Notes under the pieces: model-generated | Told to the model about the DNA's origin: nothing | The model's database searches: none | Seen by the model: the letters and a program-made list of their open reading frames with translations, nothing else | Made by a program: the position numbers and the translations under genes | Shown here: piece by piece, positions 55,512-62,934 of the stretch | How the letters are laid out: every line of letters begins with the position of its first letter | How positions within the stretch are numbered: position 1 is the stretch's first letter | NCBI GenBank assembly: GCA_965227305.1 | Contig: OZ245740.1 | Location: 1,107,371-1,171,370, forward strand | Direction: 5' to 3' | DNA length: 64,000 bases | DNA from: Limisphaerales bacterium | GTDB taxonomy: Bacteria > Verrucomicrobiota > Verrucomicrobiia > Limisphaerales > AAA164-E04

Positions 55512-55545
55512 CGCGGCACTGTTATTGCTGGCGTTTCCGGTGGTG

Positions 55546-58500
55546 ATGGGGCTCAATAGTGCGGTTGTGGTGAAGTTTGGTTTTGGGGTTTCTGGTCTTT
55601 TGCTGGCCTTGTTGGTCAGCAGCGGTGGGGTGTCGTGTGCGCAGAACCCGCCACCGGATCCCGGTCCGTTCGGGATCTCGGAGTTTTTGGCTTCAAACCG
55701 GTCCGGGCTTCGTGACGCTCAAGGGAATCGATCCGACTGGATCGAACTGTATAACCCCGGGCCCGGGACGCTGAATCTCGAGGGCTATAGCCTAACCGAT
55801 GAACCGGATCGCCCCCGAAAATGGGTGTTTCCTCGTGCGCCTGTCCCGGCTGGGGGTTACCTCATCGTGTTTGCAGTGGGCGATGCGGCGGAGTCCCTTT
55901 CGCGGGATAGCGATGGGCGGCTGTATGCGAATTTTCGACTGAGTGCATCTGGGGAATATCTTGCGCTGGTGGATCCATCGGGTTCCGTGGTTCAATCTTG
56001 GGATGATGGGTTTCCCCCTCAGCTTCCGGATGTTTCTTTCGGTCGATCCAATGGAGGGGCAGATGCGTTCTTTGCTCAACCGAGTCCCGGAGAGCCGAAT
56101 GGATCGCAGTCGTTTGCGGGCGTGGTGGATGCCGTCCAACTCAGTCATGAACGGGGCTTTTACGAAGCGCCGTTTCTGCTGCGACTGAATGTACCGACCG
56201 ATGGGGCGACGATCCGCTACTCGCTGGATGGTTCCAATCCAGATGGGCGCGGGGGGGCGATTTATCGCGAGCCGATCACGGTGGATGGCACCCGCATTCT
56301 CAAAGTGGTGGCGTCGAAGCCGGGTTTTTTGCCATCCGGCACCCAGACACATACCTATTTGTTCCTGGATCAAGTCGTCCAGCAACCGGCGGATCCCGAT
56401 GGTTTTCCGACGGATTGGGGACGGGATGGTGAAGTACCGGGACGTGTGGTTGCGGACTATGAAATGGATCCGCGAGTAACGGCATCGACGCTGCCTGGCT
56501 ATGGCGTGAAGGAGGCCCTGTTGGATCTGCCTTCTTTATCGGTGTCGCTTCCTGCAGACGATCTCTTTGGACCGTCAAGCGGCATTTATACGCACCCAAA
56601 GAGTCGCGGGAATGCGTGGGAGAAAGTGTGTTCGATCGAGTGGTTGGATTCTCAGGGCGAGTTGGGGTTTCAGACCAACTGTCAGATCGAAGTGCATGGC
56701 AATTCGAGTCGGCGTCCTTGGCGGATGCAGAAGCATTCGTTTCGACTGACGTTTTTGGGAGCCTTGGGCGCAACACGGCTGGAGCAACCTTTGTTCGCTG
56801 ATTCGCCGGTGGACCGGTTTAACAAGCTTGTACTGCGAGCGGCGTTCACGGATAGTTGGGGCTTGGTGAGCTGGGCTCCAGGGCGGTATCGACCGAACGA
56901 TTCCCAGTATGTTCGAGATATTTGGATGAAGGAATCTTTGCGCGATATGGGGCATGGCTCAAGCCACGGCCGTTGGGTTCACCTCTATTTGAATGGATTG
57001 TATTGGGGGATCTATAATGTCACCGAGCGGTTGGATGGGGATTTCTTCGCGGATCATCTCGGCGGTGACGCCGATGACTGGGAAGTGTTGCCAGACTTTG
57101 GAGGAAGCACGCCGGGCTGGTCGGCCCTGTTCTCAAGGGCGCGTGCGGCTCGGGCGGATGCGCCGGGCGTGGAAGAGGATTTGGCGGGGTTGCTCGATAT
57201 CGACAACTTTATCGATTACATGATGCTGCATTTCTATGCGGACGCCGAGGATTGGCCGCATCAGAACGGGTATGCGGCACGGAACGGCGGAGCGGACGGT
57301 CCATTTCAGTTCTTTGTTTGGGATCAGGAAATCGTGCTCGATAACCTGCAGATGCAGCGTTATGGCAGCGCTCAGGGGAGTCGACCCGGGGAACTCTTCC
57401 AACTGCTTCGGCGGCATGAGTTTTTTCGGTCGCGATTTGCCGATCGTGTGCAGTACCACCTCTTCGGGGACGGCGGTTTGAATCTCGCGGACTCACAAGC
57501 ACGCTACCGTCGCGTTTCCGCTGCCATCGATCGAGCCATTGTCGCTGAGTCTGCCCGTTGGGGGGACACGCAGCGAAGCACTCCTTACGGGAATCGAATC
57601 GAGCAACCCAGCAATCGGAATAACACGCGTGATTTGCGTTATCCCCCGGCGCCGAATGGGCCGGACTACTTCTTTACGCGGGAAGATTCGTGGCTGCCCG
57701 AACGGGAAAACGTGATCAACGATTACTTGCCGGCCATCTATGACCCTGCGGAACGCAATAGCCTCATCCGAGAGTTACGAGCACAACGATTGTATCCCAA
57801 CATCGATCCGCCGCGAATTGAAGCGAATGAACGTGGGGACAGCGGCTTCCGCGTGGCGATGGAGGTTCCGACTGGGCACACGGTCTACTACACCTTGGAT
57901 GGTTCGGATCCGCGCGTGGCGGTTGCGGTCGAGCGGGATACGGTTTCGCTGATTGATAGCGATTCTCGGGTGTATTATCGAATTCCCACTTCGGCTGGGC
58001 CGGGCCGGGATTGGATTGCGAGCGACTTCGATCACTCCGGCTGGGACTCGGGAAGCTTGGCAGTGGGGTATGAAACGAGTCCCGCTGACTACGCTGGATT
58101 GATTCGGTCGCGCGTTGGTGCGATGCGGAACCAAACGCCGTCTGTCTATCTACGAATCCCGTTTCGAGTGGGGAGTGGGATGGTGCCGTCGGGGGCGCGC
58201 CTCATGTTGCGGATGCGGTATGACGATGGGTTTGTGGCCTTCCTGAATGGTCAACGCGTCGTCGATGCCAATGCGCCTCGGACCCTGCGCTGGAATTCTC
58301 AAGCGACGGACAGCCATGCCGATGCCGCTGCCGTGCAATGGGTGGCGTTTGACGTGACGGAGCACCTCGGTGAGTTGGTCACCGGGGAGAATGTGTTGGC
58401 GATTCAGGGGCTGAACACGGCGTCCAGTAGTACGGACTTATTGATCCAGCCTGAGCTTTTTCTGGAGACCACGGTAGGGCCCGATCCGGGGGAAGTCGTC

Positions 58501-59445
58501 AATGGGACGCGCTATGTGGGTCCGTTTGATGTGGAGCATACGTCGACCTTGAGTGCGCGGTCTTTTCGGAATGGAGAGTGGAGCGCTTTGACGAGCGCGT
58601 GGTTTTTTGTCGGGGAAGCGGCTTCGGCACAGAATCTGGAGATTGCGGAGATTCACTATCATCCGGTCGGGGATGCGGATTCGGAGTATTTGGTTTTACG
58701 GAATCGGCTGCAGGATCGATCGGTGGATTTATCGGGAGCGGCGTTGGTTGCGGGGGTTGGTTTTGAATTCCCGGCTCGAACGGTCTTGGGACCTGGGGAG
58801 ACAGGGGTTCTGGTGCGTTCGGAAACGGTGTATCGGGCAGTATTTGGTGCAGGGCATCGTTTTTTGGGAGAATACGAGGGCGCTCTGGCGAATGGCGGCG
58901 AGCGGGTTCGGCTGGAGTCGGCGGACGGGGCTGTGATTGTGGACATGGAGTATGACGACGCGGCACCGTGGCCGATAGCGGCGGACGGTATGGGGTCGAG
59001 TTTGATTTTGGTGAGTGGTGCGGATCCGGTTTTGCCGACGAGTTGGCGGGTGGAAGTGCCGCTGACGCGGCCCGTGTTGCCCGTGGATGGGGCCGCGGAT
59101 CGGGATGGCGATGGGCTGAGTGCTTTGTTGGAGTATGCCTTGGGGACCTCGGATACGGACCCGGCTTCGGGGTGGGATGCGATTGATTACTCGGTTGAGA
59201 CGGAAGGGGACGATTCGTTTTTTGTGGTGCGGTTTCGTCCGGATCCGTTGGTGGTGGATGTGGTGATCCAACCCGAGGCGACGTTTGAGTTGGAGGTGCC
59301 GGAGTGGCGGGCGGATTTGTTGGTTGAAGTCGCGGGCGCGGGAGACGGGGATGGCTTTGCGGGTTGGCGGTCGTTTCGGTTGGTGCGGGCGATTGGGAGG
59401 AATGCGGTTGGGTTTGTTCGGTTGGGGGTTTTGGGCGGGCGGTGA
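55546..59445 (+). CDS. Exported LTD - CotH kinase-family - jelly-roll - LTD protein
   Basis: ORF 55246..59445, trimmed to ATG 55546 (MGLNSAVVVKFGFGVSGLLLALLVSSGGVSCAQ). LTD: GISEFLASNRSGLRDAQGNRSDWIELYNPGPGTLNLEGYSLTD. Chitobiase-C-like segments: GATIRYSLDGSNP and TVYYTLDGSDP. CotH core: NKLVLRAAFTDSWGL..IWMKESLRDMGHGSSHGRWVHLYLNGLYWGIYNVTERLDGDFF. Jelly-roll: LRMRYDDGFVAFLNGQRVV..NVLAIQGLN. C-terminal LTD: LEIAEIHYHPVGDADSEYLVLRNRLQDRSVDLSGA. Asp-rich tail: DRDGDGLSALLEYALGTSDTDP. Confidence 0.85.
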   Translation: MGLNSAVVVKFGFGVSGLLLALLVSSGGVSCAQNPPPDPGPFGISEFLASNRSGLRDAQGNRSDWIELYNPGPGTLNLEGYSLTDEPDRPRKWVFPRAPVPAGGYLIVFAVGDAAESLSRDSDGRLYANFRLSASGEYLALVDPSGSVVQSWDDGFPPQLPDVSFGRSNGGADAFFAQPSPGEPNGSQSFAGVVDAVQLSHERGFYEAPFLLRLNVPTDGATIRYSLDGSNPDGRGGAIYREPITVDGTRILKVVASKPGFLPSGTQTHTYLFLDQVVQQPADPDGFPTDWGRDGEVPGRVVADYEMDPRVTASTLPGYGVKEALLDLPSLSVSLPADDLFGPSSGIYTHPKSRGNAWEKVCSIEWLDSQGELGFQTNCQIEVHGNSSRRPWRMQKHSFRLTFLGALGATRLEQPLFADSPVDRFNKLVLRAAFTDSWGLVSWAPGRYRPNDSQYVRDIWMKESLRDMGHGSSHGRWVHLYLNGLYWGIYNVTERLDGDFFADHLGGDADDWEVLPDFGGSTPGWSALFSRARAARADAPGVEEDLAGLLDIDNFIDYMMLHFYADAEDWPHQNGYAARNGGADGPFQFFVWDQEIVLDNLQMQRYGSAQGSRPGELFQLLRRHEFFRSRFADRVQYHLFGDGGLNLADSQARYRRVSAAIDRAIVAESARWGDTQRSTPYGNRIEQPSNRNNTRDLRYPPAPNGPDYFFTREDSWLPERENVINDYLPAIYDPAERNSLIRELRAQRLYPNIDPPRIEANERGDSGFRVAMEVPTGHTVYYTLDGSDPRVAVAVERDTVSLIDSDSRVYYRIPTSAGPGRDWIASDFDHSGWDSGSLAVGYETSPADYAGLIRSRVGAMRNQTPSVYLRIPFRVGSGMVPSGARLMLRMRYDDGFVAFLNGQRVVDANAPRTLRWNSQATDSHADAAAVQWVAFDVTEHLGELVTGENVLAIQGLNTASSSTDLLIQPELFLETTVGPDPGEVVNGTRYVGPFDVEHTSTLSARSFRNGEWSALTSAWFFVGEAASAQNLEIAEIHYHPVGDADSEYLVLRNRLQDRSVDLSGAALVAGVGFEFPARTVLGPGETGVLVRSETVYRAVFGAGHRFLGEYEGALANGGERVRLESADGAVIVDMEYDDAAPWPIAADGMGSSLILVSGADPVLPTSWRVEVPLTRPVLPVDGAADRDGDGLSALLEYALGTSDTDPASGWDAIDYSVETEGDDSFFVVRFRPDPLVVDVVIQPEATFELEVPEWRADLLVEVAGAGDGDGFAGWRSFRLVRAIGRNAVGFVRLGVLGGR

Positions 59446-59496
59446 GTGCTTGGACGCGCGCTTTGGGCTTGGACTGAAGTCCAAGTTACGGCTGGC
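59406..59496 (+). repeat. Direct repeat A (~91 bp), left flank of the GH64 insert; contains a family-1 hairpin
   Basis: ggttgggtttgttcggttgggggttttgggcgggcggtgagtgcttggacgcgcgctttgggcttggacTGAAgtccaagttacggctggc. The first 40 nt encode the last 13 codons (AVGFVRLGVLGGR*) of the 55546..59445 gene. Hairpin at 59468-59489. Confidence 0.9.
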
Positions 59497-59661
59497 GCGG
59501 TACGCCGTCGGTCTGCTTAATCCTAGTAAATGAGGTGTATTCATCTTTCGAAGAGTGATTGAGACCTATGCTTGACTGATAATAGGCGACATTTTCTTGC
59601 TATACTGCGACAGAGATGGTAATCGAAAGAAACAGTAGCCATCCTGATTCCATCTCTTGTC

Positions 59662-60846
59662 ATGAGTTTTAATCTGAAAATAAACAACGAAAACACGGCC
59701 AATTACAGCAACAGTGAAGTGTATCTCGCCGTGATTACCCGAAAAGTCGCTGGGGGTGCCTTCTATTGGTATGATTTGGCGAGTAAGTCTTTGAAAGAAA
59801 TAAGCACGGCGGACAATACGCATTCGATCTCGCAGTACTCGCCGGGTTCGGGCAAAGACACCTACGCCAATTATTTCTTCAAGCTTTCCGATGTTTCGGA
59901 GCAAACCCTTAGCTTCAGCGAGACGTTGATTGGGAGTCGCATCTATGTCTCGTTGGGCGATTGGCTGCCCATTAAAGTGAACAGTTCGAGCGCCTATTCT
60001 CCGCCGTCGCCGACGAATCCCGTGTTGCCAGGGTATCAGACTATTTTTGACAAGCTCGAGCTCACCTATCAGCCCGACGCCAATGGAACGGACACGAAGA
60101 AACTCTACATTGACACCACCGCCGTCGATTTCATGGGGATTCCTATGACCCTGCAAATGGGTTCGGAAACCGTTGGTTTCTCCTCGACGCGAGCGAAATT
60201 GATCAGTGCCTTCACCTCCAAAGCGGCGACGACCTATTTGCCAGACTTGGTGGTTAAGAATCCGGCAAAGTCGACTGAGGTGCTTCGGATCTTGAATCCG
60301 ACGGGGACGGCTAATGATATGGGCTTGGTCATTCCGCAGGCAGCGGCTGACTACTTTGCCGGCTTCCTGACTGCGTATATCGATTCCGTGTGGAAAGCAT
60401 ACAAATCACCGCAATCCCTATCGATCAAGATCGGAGCCGACACGTATACCGGCCAAGTCGATGATTCTGATGTGTTTAATTTCTTTAGCGGCAGTGCGGC
60501 GAGTGGAACTAATGTGCTCGCACTCAATAAACCACCATCGTCCGATGTGTTGGGTTGTCGCAACTCCATGGCGTCCGGTAACGACGTGCAGAAGAATATC
60601 CAAAAGTTTCTGGCAGCGGCGATGGTGCGAACCGTTGCCCTAGAATCGCCCGGTACGGGGGATGCCTGGTGCTCTCAGTCGGCGAAGTATTACACGAATG
60701 CTCCTGTGTATGAATACGCCAACATTCTGCATGAACACAGTCACGACAAACTGTGCTATGCGTTTTCGTATGACGATGTTTGTGACCACAGCTCAACCCT
60801 GAAGACCAACACGCCATCGGTGACTTTGAACCTCAGTGCGTGGTAG
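59662..60846 (+). CDS. GH64-family (laminaripentaose-producing beta-1,3-glucanase / thaumatin-like superfamily) protein, no signal peptide
   Basis: 394-aa ORF. Family-like landmarks: MSFNLKINNENTANYSNSEVYLAVI, GSRIYVSLG, FDKLELTY (candidate acid Glu), YIDTTAVDFMGIPMTL (candidate Asp), YFAGFLTAYIDSVWKAY, YYTNAPVYEYANILHEH, CYAFSYDDVCD. No N-terminal hydrophobic segment. The gene and its 5' flank are visibly more A/T-rich than the surrounding DNA. Confidence 0.7.
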   Translation: MSFNLKINNENTANYSNSEVYLAVITRKVAGGAFYWYDLASKSLKEISTADNTHSISQYSPGSGKDTYANYFFKLSDVSEQTLSFSETLIGSRIYVSLGDWLPIKVNSSSAYSPPSPTNPVLPGYQTIFDKLELTYQPDANGTDTKKLYIDTTAVDFMGIPMTLQMGSETVGFSSTRAKLISAFTSKAATTYLPDLVVKNPAKSTEVLRILNPTGTANDMGLVIPQAAADYFAGFLTAYIDSVWKAYKSPQSLSIKIGADTYTGQVDDSDVFNFFSGSAASGTNVLALNKPPSSDVLGCRNSMASGNDVQKNIQKFLAAAMVRTVALESPGTGDAWCSQSAKYYTNAPVYEYANILHEHSHDKLCYAFSYDDVCDHSSTLKTNTPSVTLNLSAW

Positions 60847-60856
60847 TTGCTGGGCT

Positions 60857-60949
60857 GGTTGGGTTTGTTCGGTTTTGGGGGTATTGGGCGGGCGTTGAGT
60901 GGTTGGACGCGCGCTTTGGGCTTGGACTGAAGTCCAAGTTACGGTTGGC
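60857..60949 (+). repeat. Direct repeat B (~93 bp), right flank of the GH64 insert
   Basis: ggttgggtttgttcggttttgggggtattgggcgggcgttgagtggttggacgcgcgctttgggcttggacTGAAgtccaagttacggttggc. About 90 percent identical to repeat A by eye, with small indels that break the coding frame. Hairpin at 60921-60942. Confidence 0.9.
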
Positions 60950-60957
60950 TTGGCTCC

Positions 60958-61569
60958 ATGACGCTGGAGATTTATTCGGATTACGTGTGACCCTGGTGCT
61001 ACCTCTGCACCGGGCGTGTGGAACGATTGCAGAAGGAGTTCGAGCTGAAGGTGCGATGGATTCACTTTCCGTTGCATCCCGAAACGCCGGATGAAGGTCG
61101 GACCCTGGAACAGCTTTTCGCTGGGCGCGGCATCAACGTATCCGCAGCCCAAACGCGTATGGCGGGGTTAATGGCGGCCGAAGGGCTGCCCTATGGGGAT
61201 CGCACGATGACCTTCAATAGTCGGCTGGCTCAAGAGATTGCGGCCTGGGCGGTGGAGGAGACGGGGAATGAAGCGATTCACGGGGCCTTGTTTCGAGCGT
61301 ATTTTGTGGAAGGGCAGAATTTGGCCGATGTGTCGGTGCTCTTGTCTGTGATTCGTTCGCTGGGTTTGCCTATGGATGAGGCTAAGGACGTTTTGGAGAC
61401 CCGTCGATTTCGAGCTGCGGTGGATCGAGATTGGCAGCGGTCGGCGGAACAACGCGTTACGGGAGTGCCGAGCTTTTTGGCGGGGCTGCGTTGGCTAGAA
61501 GGAGCGCAGCCTTACGAGGCGTTGAAACATCTCGTTACGGTTGCTGGGGCGAAACCGCGGCTGGCCTAG
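60958..61569 (+). CDS. DsbA/FrnE-family thiol:disulfide oxidoreductase with in-frame TGA at the first Cys position of CXXC (candidate selenoprotein U-P-W-C; alternative: nonsense pseudogene)
   Basis: The ORF track starts at GTG 61018 (MERLQKEF..). The same frame read upstream gives ATG(60958) TLEIYSDYV-TGA(60988-60990)-PWCYLCTGRVERLQKEF.., which is the canonical family N-terminus (x-I-Y-S-D-x-x-C-P-W-C-Y) with TGA exactly where the catalytic Cys codon belongs. The rest matches the family: HFPLHPETP, FNSRLAQEIAAWA, ALFRAYFVEGQNLAD, RVTGVPSFL. 612 nt in total, giving 203 codons plus stop. Confidence 0.65.
60991..61032 (+). promoter_or_regulatory. Candidate SECIS-like stem-loops immediately downstream of the in-frame UGA
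   Basis: Hairpin 1 (60992-61014): ccuggugc / gcaccggg, 8 bp including one G-U, loop uaccucu. Hairpin 2 (61005-61032) excludes hairpin 1: cugca / ugcag plus cc/gg, with an apical loop starting GG about 22 nt after the UGA. I cannot judge by eye whether either satisfies a bacterial SECIS model. Confidence 0.3.
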
Positions 61570-61633
61570 GATCGACGCACGAAAACGAGCATGCCGCACG
61601 GGCACGCTCGAATTCTTTCTGGTATTTTTGGGA

Positions 61634-62872
61634 TTACTTCTCTTTGCCAGCGTTGGGGCCCAATACTTGGTATTGCGGGAGCGGTTTGAGGAGGAACAGC
61701 ATCTGTTTCTCACGCGTGCTTTCGATTTGGCTCTCTAGGATGAATCCCGCTTTCTGACCGGCATGCTGGAAGACCGACTTTGTGAAAGGCTTGCCACCCA
61801 TCGGGTCTGCCGAGGCTCCCAGGGCGACGTTTCCTTCTAAACGGTATTCAATGGCCGTATTTAACATGGCCTCCATGACTTGATTACCCAACTCGCGACT
61901 CATCGCGCCTGAGATCGCTGGGAAAACCAAGCGCCGTATCGGGTTCGGACTGTCTTTGGATTCTTGGTCGAACTGTTTGACCTCGGAGAGAAACTTTGCG
62001 ACGGGCTTGCGACACAAGGCTTCGAGAGCGTGGTAGTCTTGGTTAGCTTGATCAATGAGCTGGATCATGCCGTCCACGGTGGACCCTCCGGCTTGCTTGA
62101 ACTGGTTCCACGCTGAGTCCTGTTGTTCGACAGTGAACAGGTTGTTGAGGAGGGCTCTGGCGGCTGCTTCGGCCGAGGCTGCATCCGCCTCTGATTCGCG
62201 AATTTTTATCAGCTCGGTCCGGAGCCATCCCGCCATAAAGTGCTGCTCGGTTGGGACGGAATCGGCGATGGTATTGGGAGTGGGCACTCCGGCGATTCCG
62301 GCCTTGAGCTTCCGAAGGGCGTCGTCCGAGAATTGTCCGAAGTGCTCCGCAATGGTGGCTGCGCAGATTCGGTCAATGGCGTAATGGACCAAGAGGTTGA
62401 TAAGGATGGGAGATTGAGAGATATGACTGCTGAGGGTGTAGACCGAGAGGAGTTCATCGACCACGGCTTGTTCATTGCCATCTGCGAAATGAACCGCGGC
62501 TCGGACGCGAACGGTTTGCGCGATGGTGCGCGCTTCGGTGAGATACGGCAGCAGGAGATAGGGGCCTTCGGCCAGGTCGTCGCCCCAGTTGCAGCGAGCC
62601 GTCAAGGTGCGGGTCTTGGCCAGGCGACGGAAGGTCTCGTCGAATTTTGCTGCGAACTCGCGGGACTCGTCGGTGACTTCGATCTGTTCCCGGATGCGGG
62701 TGAATTGGTCTTGGTCAATTTCCGGCATCGTGGCGAATTCTCTCCAGTAAACTAGCGCCGGATTGGTGTTGCTCGGGAGTGCAGTTTCAGTGGCCCACGT
62801 ATTGGCTGGGGTTCCGAACAGTAGTAAGGCGATGAGAACGGCGATTCTTTTAATTTTGTAAAATGTTTTCAT
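61634..62872 (-). CDS. Exported alpha-helical hypothetical protein, third gene of an ECF sigma / anti-sigma operon
   Basis: 412-aa ORF with a signal peptide (MKTFYKIKRIAVLIALLLFGTPANTWA). Helix-rich composition, no family recognised. 62 nt downstream of the anti-sigma gene on the same strand. Confidence 0.6.
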   Translation of the reverse strand: MKTFYKIKRIAVLIALLLFGTPANTWATETALPSNTNPALVYWREFATMPEIDQDQFTRIREQIEVTDESREFAAKFDETFRRLAKTRTLTARCNWGDDLAEGPYLLLPYLTEARTIAQTVRVRAAVHFADGNEQAVVDELLSVYTLSSHISQSPILINLLVHYAIDRICAATIAEHFGQFSDDALRKLKAGIAGVPTPNTIADSVPTEQHFMAGWLRTELIKIRESEADAASAEAAARALLNNLFTVEQQDSAWNQFKQAGGSTVDGMIQLIDQANQDYHALEALCRKPVAKFLSEVKQFDQESKDSPNPIRRLVFPAISGAMSRELGNQVMEAMLNTAIEYRLEGNVALGASADPMGGKPFTKSVFQHAGQKAGFILESQIESTREKQMLFLLKPLPQYQVLGPNAGKEK

Positions 62873-62934
62873 AATCGTTTGGTGTTAAGAGGTTCGCTTA
62901 TGTATTCCCACGGAGGCTCGTTGGGTTCATTTTT

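Noticed and set aside
58729-59544. 271-aa minus-strand ORF, and other long antisense ORFs inside the big genes (e.g. 9869..10405, 10830..11504, 11609..12172, 55792..56385, 59566..60156).
   Set aside because: All are nested antisense or out of frame within long ORFs that carry clear domain signatures. Their translations are low-complexity.
59572-59606. TTGACT (59572-59577) ... TATACT (59601-59606) upstream of the GH64 gene as a promoter.
   Set aside because: The spacer is 23 nt, far from the canonical 16-18. It may still be relevant in a foreign AT-rich cassette, but this is unsupported.
61018-61569. Taking GTG 61018 as the true start of the DsbA-family gene.
   Set aside because: That model removes the CXXC active site and the first beta-strand of the thioredoxin fold. 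The same frame upstream encodes exactly the missing family N-terminus, interrupted only by TGA at the Cys position.
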